NCBI GenBank assembly: GCA_037444165.1
Contig: JBBIMX010000007.1
Span: 1 to 58,928 of the forward strand
Length of the DNA stretch: 58,928 bases
Source: Deltaproteobacteria bacterium
Lineage (GTDB): Bacteria > Desulfobacterota > BSN033 > UBA1163
Direction of reading: 5' to 3'
Numbering within the stretch: the first letter of the stretch is position 1; every line of letters begins with the position of its first letter. Shown here one piece after another: positions 37,350 to 46,467 of this stretch. The notes beneath the pieces are model-generated. The model did no database searches. It worked only from the letters and a program-made list of their open reading frames with translations, and was not told the DNA's origin. The translations under genes were made by a program, and so were the position numbers.

Positions 37350-37963
37350 TCAATCAAAGGAATACCGAGATGATTCTGATAAGACTGTGGATCCTAATTT
37401 TATTGTTATTTGGAATGACAACCCCTCTGTTTTCTGGAGAACCCCAAGAGCAGCTTCAACAAACGACTGACAAGGTTTTGGCCATCCTTTCAGATCCGAA
37501 TCTAAAATCTCCCGAAAAGACCAAGGAGAGGAGGGAGTTGATCCTCAGGGTCGTGGATGAGCGATTTGACTGGGAGGAGATGGCGCGGCGTTGTTTGGCA
37601 AGGCATTGGGTTCAGAGAACTCCTGAAGAAAAGAGAGAGTTTATCCATCTTTTTAAGGAACTTCTTCAGCAGGTCTATATGGATAAGGTAGAAGGCTACT
37701 CCTGGAATAAGATTCAATACGAGGGAGAAACCATCGATGGAAATTATGGGACGGTAAAGGTAAAAATTTTTACTCCCAAGGAACAACCTATCCATGTAGA
37801 GTATCGACTCCTCAAAAAAGGACCCACCTGGTTGGTTTACGATTTTTCGATCGAGGGGGTAAGCCTGGTCAACAATTATCGAACCCAATTTAATGAGATT
37901 ATTGTGAAATCTTCTTATCGAGAGCTGGTCAAAAGACTCAAGACAAAAGTCTCTCAACCTTAA
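37346..37963 (+). CDS. mlaC: MlaC periplasmic phospholipid shuttle
   Basis: FDWEEMARR, W.VYD..IEGVSLVNNYRTQF; start at 37346 or 37370. Confidence 0.92.
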   Translation: MINQRNTEMILIRLWILILLLFGMTTPLFSGEPQEQLQQTTDKVLAILSDPNLKSPEKTKERRELILRVVDERFDWEEMARRCLARHWVQRTPEEKREFIHLFKELLQQVYMDKVEGYSWNKIQYEGETIDGNYGTVKVKIFTPKEQPIHVEYRLLKKGPTWLVYDFSIEGVSLVNNYRTQFNEIIVKSSYRELVKRLKTKVSQP

Positions 37964-37990
37964 ATGGGCCAGATCTTTCGAGGGAATAGG

Positions 37991-38827
37991 ATGAGGCGAA
38001 AAATCTTCTTCTTTTTTTGTCTATGGATTGGATTGGGGTTGATCTTTCTGATGCCGCTCGAAAGTCAAGCGGAGCTTTTCGATGGGGTGGACACCGAAGA
38101 ATTCAACTCTGGCTTTGAGGACAGATCCAAATCCGATTGGATGGCTCGTTCTGATGAGAGGATGGAATTCAAAGAGAAATCAGAACCGTCTTTTCCAGAG
38201 GAAGAGGTTCCTGAAGAAAGGATCCGGGATCCTTTAGAACCTCTCAATCGCATCTTTTTTCATGTAAACGATAGGCTTTACTTCTGGATCCTTAAGCCTG
38301 TGGCCAACGGATATCAGAGGGTCTTCTCCAAAGAAGTCCGAATCGGGGTCTCCAATTTTTTCTCTAACATCGCTACTCCCATCCGTCTGGTGAACTGTGT
38401 TCTTCAGGCCAACCTAAAAGGGGCAGGAATAGAGACCCTTCGTTTTCTCATCAATACCCCGTTTGGTTTGTTTGGATTTCTCGACCCTGCTCAAAAAGAA
38501 TTTGGCCTGGAAAAGAGGGAAGAAGACCTCGGTCAAACCTTCGGGGTGTGGGGATTTGGCCCTGCCTTCTACCTGGAATGGCCCATTCTCGGATCCTCTA
38601 ATCTCCGAGATACCTTGGGTTATATAGGAGACCTTTTTTTGGATCCCATCACCTACCTTCCCTCAACCCCGATCCGAATCGGCTTAAAAACTTATGAGAA
38701 GGTCAATGAGACCTCCCTTCGACTCGGAGAGTATGAAGATTTTAAAAAAGTAGTTCTGGACCCTTACATCGCTAAAAGGGAGGCCTACCACCAAAATCGA
38801 AAATATAAAATTAAAGAAAGAAAATGA
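37991..38827 (+). CDS. mlaA: MlaA/VacJ family protein
   Basis: DPLEPLNR, RFLINT, EDLGQT, LGSSNLRD, DPY. Confidence 0.9.
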   Translation: MRRKIFFFFCLWIGLGLIFLMPLESQAELFDGVDTEEFNSGFEDRSKSDWMARSDERMEFKEKSEPSFPEEEVPEERIRDPLEPLNRIFFHVNDRLYFWILKPVANGYQRVFSKEVRIGVSNFFSNIATPIRLVNCVLQANLKGAGIETLRFLINTPFGLFGFLDPAQKEFGLEKREEDLGQTFGVWGFGPAFYLEWPILGSSNLRDTLGYIGDLFLDPITYLPSTPIRIGLKTYEKVNETSLRLGEYEDFKKVVLDPYIAKREAYHQNRKYKIKERK

Positions 38828-38902
38828 CCCGTTGAATCCAAGAGGATTGAGTGTTCTTTCCCGAACAGATCTTTTTTAATTTCAAATCATTAGGAGGTTT
38901 CC

Positions 38903-39334
38903 ATGAGTCCAAAGAAGGCAGTCCTGTCGTCGAAAAAAAAGGCTCGCCCTAAAAAGGTCCTTTCGAGAAAAGGAATTCTGGCAATTGAAAGACGAAGATT
39001 CCCAAGATGTTATGTTGAACTTCCACTGGATTACTCGAGAAAAGGGAAAAAATCGGACTTTGGAGGTTTCGTCAAGAATGCCAGTGAAGGGGGGATCTTG
39101 GTCTATCTTCCTGAGAAGTTAGAGATTGGTGAACTTCTCAAGGTTGAGATCTTTTTCCCAAAAGGATTGGGATTATCCACGATTCGTGGAGTAGCCAAAG
39201 TCGTTTGGGCAGATCTTGCAGCTAAAGAAAGCTGGAGGGAACATCGATATGGCCTTGCCTTCCAATCCATGCCCAAAGGAATGTTTCAAAAATTTAAAGA
39301 CCTGCTCCAGGAAGTAGGAAAACCCAACCCTTGA
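38903..39334 (+). CDS. PilZ-domain protein
   Basis: RxxxR (RRRFPR) and NxSxGG c-di-GMP motifs, KVVW, YGLAF; basic N-terminus. Confidence 0.85.
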   Translation: MSPKKAVLSSKKKARPKKVLSRKGILAIERRRFPRCYVELPLDYSRKGKKSDFGGFVKNASEGGILVYLPEKLEIGELLKVEIFFPKGLGLSTIRGVAKVVWADLAAKESWREHRYGLAFQSMPKGMFQKFKDLLQEVGKPNP

Positions 39335-39361
39335 AAAATCTTATTTTAAGGAGAATGCCCT

Positions 39362-40294
39362 ATGGATTATCAACGCTTTGTCGAAGAACAGATCCATGAA
39401 ATTAGGCAATTGGTGGGAAATCAACTTGCGATCAATGCGTTAAGCGGAGGGGTGGATAGCTCCGTGGTCACCGTGCTTGGCCATCGGGCCCTCGGCGAAA
39501 GGCTTAAGACCGTTTTTATCGAAAATGGTCTGATGCGAGAGGGGGAACCTGAACGAGTCGTTAACATGTTCGAAGAGATGGGAATCCCTGTCCAACTCAT
39601 TCCGGCCAAGAAAGAATTCCTGGATGCTCTAAAAGGGTTGACCGATCCTGAGGAGAAACGAAATGCAATTACCAAAACCTTTTATTCTCAAGTCTTTGGA
39701 AGATTGGTCCGTGAGAGTGGGGCAAAATTTCTTCTCCACGGAACCATTCTCACAGATATTGAAGAAACCGTGGCCGGGATTAAACGTCAGCATAATATTC
39801 TTGCCCAGATAGGAATTGATCCAGAAAAAGAGTTTGGCTATCAGATTATCGAACCCTTAAAGACCCTTCGGAAAGATGGGGTAAGAGAGGTGGCAAAGGC
39901 ATTGGGACTCCCTCGGGAGATTATAGAGAGGATTCCCTTTCCAGGTCCTGCCCTTGCTACCCGGATTGTGGGAGAAGTCACCGAAGAGCGTCTGGCCACC
40001 ATCCGTGCAGCTACGGCCATTGTGGAGGAAGAACTTCGAGATACCGGAGCCTTCCAGTACCTGGCCGTTCTTCTTAATGATCGGGCAACAGGAATCCATG
40101 AGGGAAGGAGAGAGTTCGGTCAGATCATCGTCGTTCGTTGTATTCAAAGCATAGATGCAAGAACGGCCACCCCGGTGGAGCTTTCCTGGGAAAAATTGAA
40201 ACGCCTATGTGAGCGGATTACTTCCCTCCCCGGGGTGAATCGATGCCTTTATGACCTTACGCCAAAACCTCCTGCGACGATTGAATACATCTAA
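39362..40294 (+). CDS. stand-alone GMP synthase ATP-pyrophosphatase subunit (GuaA subunit B-like)
   Basis: ALSGGVDSSV, DPEEKR, PFPGP, KPPATIE; no glutaminase domain. Confidence 0.85.
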   Translation: MDYQRFVEEQIHEIRQLVGNQLAINALSGGVDSSVVTVLGHRALGERLKTVFIENGLMREGEPERVVNMFEEMGIPVQLIPAKKEFLDALKGLTDPEEKRNAITKTFYSQVFGRLVRESGAKFLLHGTILTDIEETVAGIKRQHNILAQIGIDPEKEFGYQIIEPLKTLRKDGVREVAKALGLPREIIERIPFPGPALATRIVGEVTEERLATIRAATAIVEEELRDTGAFQYLAVLLNDRATGIHEGRREFGQIIVVRCIQSIDARTATPVELSWEKLKRLCERITSLPGVNRCLYDLTPKPPATIEYI

Positions 40295-40296
40295 AT

Positions 40297-40341
40297 CCCT
40301 TCCCTTACCCACCCCGTGGGATGGGGATGAAGGGAAATTTT
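40297..40341 (+). terminator. possible intrinsic terminator or hairpin after the GMP synthase subunit gene
   Basis: TCCCTTC..CCCAC-ccc-GTGGG..GAAGGGA imperfect stem followed by AATTTT. Confidence 0.4.
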
Positions 40342-40373
40342 AACTCTTCTCGGTCAGACTTGGGAGACAGGAA

Positions 40374-40571
40374 ATGGAGGACAAAAAGAGATTGGCTATT
40401 CTGATTCAACACTGGATAGAGCATAATGAAAGCCATCAAGAAGAATACAAGAAATGGGCTCAAAGGGCAGAAGAATTAGGACTCTTCCTCGTCAAGACAA
40501 AGATTAAAGAGGCCATGGAAAGCCTTGATCAATGTAATCTCTCTCTTAAGGAGGCCCTGAGGTCTCTTTAA
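40374..40571 (+). CDS. small helical hypothetical protein with HWxxHNxxH motif
   Basis: 65 aa; HWIEHNESH; GGAG/AGGA RBS. Confidence 0.7.
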   Translation: MEDKKRLAILIQHWIEHNESHQEEYKKWAQRAEELGLFLVKTKIKEAMESLDQCNLSLKEALRSL

Positions 40572-40741
40572 TCCCATCCATTTTAATCCTGAAGAGGGAT
40601 AGGTCTTCTTGAAGCCTTAAGCCAACTCCCTTCTGATTCATCAACCTTTAGGGAGGGTTTCTCTAACGGAAGGGTTGAGAACGTTTCAGGTCTATTTTAC
40701 CCCAACGAGCTGTTAGATGACCAGGGAAAATTCTTCTTCTC

Positions 40742-40770
40742 TTGACATTATGTTTAAATTTTAATACGAT
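40742..40770 (+). promoter_or_regulatory. sigma70-type promoter
   Basis: TTGACA-17 nt-TACGAT. Confidence 0.65.
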
Positions 40771-40801
40771 TAAACCAATTCAGCCAACGAGGGAGCCATT
40801 C

Positions 40802-40951
40802 ATGGAAAATAGGGTTAAAAAGAAAAAATCTAAGAGGGGAAGACCAAAGAGCCCAAAGGTGGAAATCTTGGATTTAAAGGACTTAAAGAAAAGGGTGAAA
40901 CAAATCAAAAAGAGAAAGGCAGGACTCTATCGAAAAAAAAGTAGAAGATAA
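40802..40951 (+). CDS. 49-aa highly basic protein with AT-hook-like KRGRPK motif
   Basis: ATG after GGGAG and downstream of a good promoter; about half the residues are K/R. Confidence 0.55.
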   Translation: MENRVKKKKSKRGRPKSPKVEILDLKDLKKRVKQIKKRKAGLYRKKSRR

Positions 40952-41024
40952 TCGGAATCCTGTATCCAGAAATTTATTATGACCTTTTCTCATAAAGGGA
41001 GATTCCTTTCTATTTTGAAACGTA

Positions 41025-41387
41025 ATGAAAAAAGGGAAAAGGAAAGAGGATCGGTTAGAGAAAGAGGGTTTCAGTCCTTCGGCTCAGTGTCTCTTCTCTT
41101 GGGAGAAATTGGTGGAGATGAAGGAGAAGAGGACCCAGTTTTTTGCCGGGGATGGGTTTAAGCGACTAAGAATCCTTGATGTGGATCATAAGACAAAGAA
41201 TCTCCATATGGTCTGTGAATTAGGGAAAAAAACCTGGCCCCTGAATTTCAAAAAATTAGAAGAAATCCATCAAAAGGTTCATCGAGGGGAGGTCCCTCTC
41301 ATTCCCTATGAGATTGACCGCTTAATGCCTACGTGGGGAAATTTTATCACCGGTCTGCTCAAATATCTCGGCTGCGAGAAGGGGTAA
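41025..41387 (+). CDS. hypothetical protein
   Basis: 120-aa ORF with protein-like composition; no recognised motif. Confidence 0.6.
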   Translation: MKKGKRKEDRLEKEGFSPSAQCLFSWEKLVEMKEKRTQFFAGDGFKRLRILDVDHKTKNLHMVCELGKKTWPLNFKKLEEIHQKVHRGEVPLIPYEIDRLMPTWGNFITGLLKYLGCEKG

Positions 41388-41414
41388 AAGAATTTTTAAG
41401 GATCTTTGGTGAGA

Positions 41415-41702
41415 TTAGGGAGAAGCCGATTTAAGGAAATTTAGAAGGCCGAGTAATTCTTCTTTAGTCCATGTCGCCTTCTCTTTTAGCCATTGGGGGT
41501 CATGGATAAAATTTGATTCTATTGGAACCACAAATAGATCTTTCTTATTCTTGCCCTCGTGACCGAATTTTAATCTGGCCCACCTGAGCCCGGATTCGAC
41601 CTGACTCATTCCCCTTAAGTCTTTCCTTCGCTCTATGAGCATTCCGATGAGCTCGCCTTTTTTACGATCATAATTTTTTAGAAATACTTTATAGAGGATC
41701 AT
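41415..41702 (-). CDS. hypothetical protein
   Basis: about 95 aa from MILYKVF; ORF trimmed so that it does not overlap the tRNA. Confidence 0.55.
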   Translation of the reverse strand: MILYKVFLKNYDRKKGELIGMLIERRKDLRGMSQVESGLRWARLKFGHEGKNKKDLFVVPIESNFIHDPQWLKEKATWTKEELLGLLNFLKSASP

Positions 41703-41716
41703 CTGTCTTTTAATCC

Positions 41717-41805
41717 TGGTGCCTGAGGCCGGAGTTGAACCGGCACGGTGGGGGACCACCGAGGGATTTTAAGTCCCTTGCGTCTACCTATTCCGCCACC
41801 CAGGC
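41717..41805 (-). tRNA. tRNA-Leu (anticodon TAA)
   Basis: GCCTGGG acceptor stem, D-arm GGCGGAATAGGTAGACGC, anticodon loop CTTAAAA, long variable arm, GGTTCAACTCC T-arm, encoded ACCA. Confidence 0.96.
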
Positions 41806-41906
41806 ACCTTTTCTTATTTTTCATTTATACTCTTTGGCGAATTTTGTCAAGATGTGTTATGGAGATTTTTAAAAAGAAAACTTTCATTTTCGGCAAGGAG
41901 CTACAG

Positions 41907-43565
41907 ATGAGATCGGATAGAATGAAAAAAGGGTTGGAGCGAGCTCCCCATCGGTCTTTGTTTAAAGCCCTGGGATTGACCGACCAAGAAATTGACCGAC
42001 CCATGATCGGGATTGCTAATTCAGCAAATGAGGTCATCCCAGGCCATCTTCATCTTCACCAGATCGCGGAGGCGGTGAAGACAGGGATTCGAATGGCTGG
42101 AGGAACCCCCCTTGAATTCTATACCATCGGAATCTGCGATGGAATCATCATGGGTCACGAAGGGATGAGGTATTCTCTCAGCTCGAGGGAACTGATTGCA
42201 GATTCTATCGAATCCATGGCTATGGCCTATCCCTTCGATGGCCTGGTGCTCATTCCGAATTGCGACAAAATCGTTCCAGGAATGATGATGGCTGCTGCCC
42301 GTCTGGATATCCCTACCATCCTGGTCAGTGGAGGACCGATGTTAGCAGGTGAATTTTATGGAAAAGAGATTGACCTGATCACCGTCTTTGAATGGGTTGG
42401 AAAGGTGAAGGTTGGAGAAATGACCAAAAAAGAATTGAGAGAAGCGGAGGGGTGTGCCTGCCCTGGGGTGGGTTCCTGTGCTGGAATGTTTACAGCCAAT
42501 TCGATGAACTGTTTGGCCGAGGTCTTAGGCCTCGCCCTCCCATACAATGGAACTATTCCTGCTGTCTTCGCTGATCGAATTCGACTCGCAAAGGAGGCGG
42601 GACAAAAGATCATGGATCTGGTAAAGAGAGACTTAAGACCCTCTGCGATTCTAACTCCAAAGGCCTTCGAAAATGCGATTACTGTGGATATGGCTTTTGG
42701 AGGTTCTACCAATACCACCCTTCATCTGCCTGCAGTCGCCAGAGAGATTGGTATCCCCCTTTCTCTTGAGATCTTTAATCAGATCAGTGAAAGGACCCCT
42801 CATCTCTGTAACCTATCCCCTGGAGGTCCTCACCATCTCCAGGATCTCCATCAGGCAGGAGGAATCCCAGCCCTTATGGCCGAATTGAGTCGAGGAGGGC
42901 TTATTCATAAGAGTCCTATGACGGTTACCGGAAAAAGAGTTGGAGAAAATTTAAAGGGGAAAAGGGTTTTTGATTCAGAGGTGATCCGATCGATAGATCG
43001 TCCTTATCATTCCACTGGAGGGCTTGCTGTCCTTTTCGGGAATTTAGCTCCTGATGGAGCAGTGGTAAAGCGATCAGCCGTTGATGAGACAATGCTAAAG
43101 CATAAAGGTCCTGCAAGGGTCTTTGATTCGGAAGAGGAAGCCATTAAGGTGATACTGAGCCGAAACCTCCGAAAAGGGGAGGTTGTGGTGATTCGTTATG
43201 AAGGTCCAAAAGGGGGACCGGGAATGCGAGAGATGCTCGCCCCCACTTCTGCCATTGTTGGAATCGGAATGGATCGTGAAGTGGCCCTTTTAACAGACGG
43301 TCGCTTCTCCGGAGGAAGTCGGGGAGCAGCGATTGGGCATATCTCTCCTGAAGCGGCTGAGGGAGGACCCATCGCCATTGTTCAAGATGGAGACGTAATC
43401 GAAATCGATATTCCCAACAAAAAACTTAATCTTCTCCTATCGGAGGAAGAGGTGAAGAGGAGATTCTCTAAGTGGAGACCTCCTAAAAAGGCACTAAAGG
43501 GGTATCTAAAAAGGTATTCGAGACTTGTCCAATCTGCCTCTAAAGGAGCGACGTTCGAAGAGTAG
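41907..43565 (+). CDS. ilvD: dihydroxy-acid dehydratase
   Basis: [48 protein letters not shown]; start after AAGGAG. Confidence 0.97.
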   Translation: MRSDRMKKGLERAPHRSLFKALGLTDQEIDRPMIGIANSANEVIPGHLHLHQIAEAVKTGIRMAGGTPLEFYTIGICDGIIMGHEGMRYSLSSRELIADSIESMAMAYPFDGLVLIPNCDKIVPGMMMAAARLDIPTILVSGGPMLAGEFYGKEIDLITVFEWVGKVKVGEMTKKELREAEGCACPGVGSCAGMFTANSMNCLAEVLGLALPYNGTIPAVFADRIRLAKEAGQKIMDLVKRDLRPSAILTPKAFENAITVDMAFGGSTNTTLHLPAVAREIGIPLSLEIFNQISERTPHLCNLSPGGPHHLQDLHQAGGIPALMAELSRGGLIHKSPMTVTGKRVGENLKGKRVFDSEVIRSIDRPYHSTGGLAVLFGNLAPDGAVVKRSAVDETMLKHKGPARVFDSEEEAIKVILSRNLRKGEVVVIRYEGPKGGPGMREMLAPTSAIVGIGMDREVALLTDGRFSGGSRGAAIGHISPEAAEGGPIAIVQDGDVIEIDIPNKKLNLLLSEEEVKRRFSKWRPPKKALKGYLKRYSRLVQSASKGATFEE

Positions 43566-44976
43566 GAACTGCGTAAGGTCCTTCACGGATAAAGGCCATC
43601 GTGGGTTCAATTCCTTTCTCTCTATACCGATAGAGAGCAAACTGGATGGCTCTCTGGACCATTTCTCTGGCCCTTTCCAGAGAGGTTTTTAGTTGCTTGG
43701 TATTCAAAAAGTCGAGCCCACAGATCCCTGGAAGAAGACCATAATTTTTCCGATCGATCTCGAGGGAACAGTAAATCAATCCCTCCTCTCCAACTTTTCT
43801 CAGCACTTTGCCCCATACCTCAGGTTCCCACTGGTCTTTAGTAAACTTCCACTCCGGCATTCTTAACATCTGAAGATAACCATCTGGGCCTTGCAGTTTA
43901 AGGAGATGGATGAGGGTCTTATACTCAGGAGAGCCAATCGGTTCGATGGGATCTCGATTATTGGCGACAATGATAATGGTTCCTCCCTCTTTTACGGCAG
44001 GCAGTGCCCCGACACCTGCCTTTGCCGTCTGATAGTGATCCCTTCCCACATAGCCACTATGGGTCAACACAATATCAAAAGGTTTCTCTAAAGGAATCTC
44101 TGCATACCCTTTGATCAACTCAAAGGCCTTGAGATTCACCTCAATCATATCCCCGGCGAAAACCCGAACGAGTCGCAACTCCTTGTCCAGATTGACATTG
44201 ACGACAAAATCCACCCCAACCGTCTGGGCTACCTCCAAAGCCTCCTCATGACATGGATTCCCTTCCAAAACGAGGTTTGTGGCACGAGGGTCTTCCAGAT
44301 AATAAGGCCCGTGGAACTTCTGGATGGTTTTGACATCCACCAACCCCGGGCAGATGGATTTCCTTCCTCCTGAAATTCCTGTAAAAAAATGACTCTCCAC
44401 CAATCCTGTTAAAATCTTTAGATCTGCAGAATAGAAATCCCGATTGACATAGACGTGGGTCCCTCTTCTGGTCTCTCCGATACTTTCAAGAATATCCGGA
44501 TTCTCACAATCATGATCAAGGATCCGATACTGGTCTACCACTTCCTTTCCATACATCTCGATCTTCTCTTCAAGCGTACTGGCTCGATGCATCCCTGTCG
44601 CAACAATAATCTTGATGTTTTCCTTTCTGATCCCCGAAGACTCCAGCCTTCTCAGTATGGGAAGAAGGATCCCTTGTTCTCCTTTGTAGGGAACAGGCCT
44701 TGTAATATCCGATACGGCAATGGCCACATGGAGCTCTTCAGGAGGTTTCCCTTTCTTTCGAATGATCTCTTCCAATGGAGGACTTTGGATAGGATGGTCA
44801 AGAGCTTCTTCAATGGCCCTTCGAGGATCGGGAAGGGGTGGAATATCTTTCATTGTCAGTTCCACACAATCGGGTGGGACAAACACCTCGAGAATCTCTT
44901 TCCCAAACTCAACTGGAATAGGCCGCCAATCTTTGGTATCCACTTTCTTCATCGTTTTCTTAAAATCGGATTTCAT
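43540..44976 (-). CDS. nickel-pincer-dependent lactate racemase (LarA/DUF2088) family protein
   Basis: [36 protein letters not shown]; start after GGAGG. Confidence 0.85.
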   Translation of the reverse strand: MKSDFKKTMKKVDTKDWRPIPVEFGKEILEVFVPPDCVELTMKDIPPLPDPRRAIEEALDHPIQSPPLEEIIRKKGKPPEELHVAIAVSDITRPVPYKGEQGILLPILRRLESSGIRKENIKIIVATGMHRASTLEEKIEMYGKEVVDQYRILDHDCENPDILESIGETRRGTHVYVNRDFYSADLKILTGLVESHFFTGISGGRKSICPGLVDVKTIQKFHGPYYLEDPRATNLVLEGNPCHEEALEVAQTVGVDFVVNVNLDKELRLVRVFAGDMIEVNLKAFELIKGYAEIPLEKPFDIVLTHSGYVGRDHYQTAKAGVGALPAVKEGGTIIIVANNRDPIEPIGSPEYKTLIHLLKLQGPDGYLQMLRMPEWKFTKDQWEPEVWGKVLRKVGEEGLIYCSLEIDRKNYGLLPGICGLDFLNTKQLKTSLERAREMVQRAIQFALYRYREKGIEPTMAFIREGPYAVPTLRTSLL

Positions 44977-45019
44977 TTTTCCTCCTGAGGTCATTGACCG
45001 TTTTAAAGGGTGATCTCCT

Positions 45020-46333
45020 TCACGGAATAAGATTCAGATCCCCTGAAAAGGCCGCTTCGAGAACAGGTCTCATTAATCGTTCCACATCCCCTTTTTCAGG
45101 GTTCATTGGAGTTGGCATGTTCTGGAGTTTCATCTTGAGTTGAGGATTTTTGGCTGCGACGAGCATCCGTTCGAGGTGGGTTCGAGAGGCCCCGGCCTCT
45201 TTGAGGGTGGTTGGGAAATTTAGATCCTTAGCCAATGCAATCATTCCTTTAGCGACGGCTAATCCCAAATCCCTCCCTTTTAATGGATCTAATTCCTCCT
45301 GGATATAACCCGCCTCTTTAAAAATGGCTCCAATCGTCTTTAGTTGATCCTCAATGACCGGGGCAAAAAGCACGGTATAATAGGGATTAAGGAGGGCACA
45401 GGCCCTCCCGTGGCTCAAAATATCGACCAATGAAAAACTTCCCAGGTGAGGACCACTGGTTCCACCGAGCATAATGGCATATCCCCCCAAATCTGTTCCA
45501 AGACCAAGAGCCACTCTTCCCTCTCTATCTCTCCCATCTTTTTTCACCCTTTGAAGGCCATAAATAATTAATTGAATACAAACTTGGGCCACTTCCTTGA
45601 TCTTCTCATAATCCGCCCCTTTTGCTCCCATAAAGACTTCCCAGGCATGAGCGATTCCATCAAGTCCCCCATCCAAGGTGAGGTTCATAGGGGAATCAAG
45701 GGTAATCTTATAATCGAAAACCGCTGCTGGAGGAACAATGGCTTCATCTACGATCAACTTCTTCTGGCCTGTTACCAGGTCCGTAATATTTGAATACTTT
45801 GTTAAATGAGCCCCCGAACTGGAAGCGGTCTGGACAGCCACAACCGGCATAACCCTTTTCCCTGTCTTTTCCTGAAGTTTTGAAACCAGACCCGTTCCAA
45901 AAAAAGGCTCAATGGAATCTGCCTCCTCTGGGGGAACTCCTAAAATCTCCGAAACTTCTTTGGGAGTAAAGGAATTCAATATGGCAGAAGCCTTGGCCGA
46001 ATCGATAGTACTTCCACCCCCAAGAGCCACAATGACCTCTGCCTTTGAACGGGCTACCTGTAAACTGATCCGATAAACATCCTCCCGGGGAGCATTGGGT
46101 CGAGCTCCTTTGATTACATCGAAGTCCACTCCATACGCTCTAAAACTCTCTTTAATCCCATTCAGAGGTTTCTCAATCCACGGATGACCCAACCCTGTGA
46201 CCACCAGAAGGACTCTTTTCCCAAATTGGGCTGTCACCCTCCCTGTGGTATTCAACACCTCTTCTCCAAAGATATAACTCTCTCCCTTCCAATCATAAAG
46301 AATTCTTCTTGCCCTTTCTATGGTTTCCCTCAT
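45020..46333 (-). CDS. iron-containing alcohol dehydrogenase family protein
   Basis: GGGSTIDSAK, DGIAH, GPH, SHG metal/NAD motifs. Confidence 0.85.
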   Translation of the reverse strand: MRETIERARRILYDWKGESYIFGEEVLNTTGRVTAQFGKRVLLVVTGLGHPWIEKPLNGIKESFRAYGVDFDVIKGARPNAPREDVYRISLQVARSKAEVIVALGGGSTIDSAKASAILNSFTPKEVSEILGVPPEEADSIEPFFGTGLVSKLQEKTGKRVMPVVAVQTASSSGAHLTKYSNITDLVTGQKKLIVDEAIVPPAAVFDYKITLDSPMNLTLDGGLDGIAHAWEVFMGAKGADYEKIKEVAQVCIQLIIYGLQRVKKDGRDREGRVALGLGTDLGGYAIMLGGTSGPHLGSFSLVDILSHGRACALLNPYYTVLFAPVIEDQLKTIGAIFKEAGYIQEELDPLKGRDLGLAVAKGMIALAKDLNFPTTLKEAGASRTHLERMLVAAKNPQLKMKLQNMPTPMNPEKGDVERLMRPVLEAAFSGDLNLIP

Positions 46334-46417
46334 TTTTTATCCCCTCACTTTTTATAACTAATGATAATGGAGTCTTATACAAAAATTCAAGTAAATCGCT
46401 TATTAAAATTAAAATAA

Positions 46418-46446
46418 TTGACACCTGTATTCCTTCTTGTTAATAT
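46418..46446 (+). promoter_or_regulatory. sigma70-type promoter for the sirtuin gene
   Basis: TTGACA-17 nt-TAATAT with TG extension; AAGGAG RBS follows. Confidence 0.65.
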
Positions 46447-46467
46447 TGTCAACTAAAGGAGAAAAGA

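Noticed and set aside
41717-41805. Intact prophage or ICE integrated at tRNA-Leu
   Set aside because: No integrase, phage genes or direct repeat of the tRNA 3' end was seen in the window.
43540-43565. Convergent 3' overlaps (ilvD/LarA; also 6796-6805 and 51141-51148)
   Set aside because: Short tail-to-tail overlaps are common in compact genomes and are not evidence of a special mechanism.
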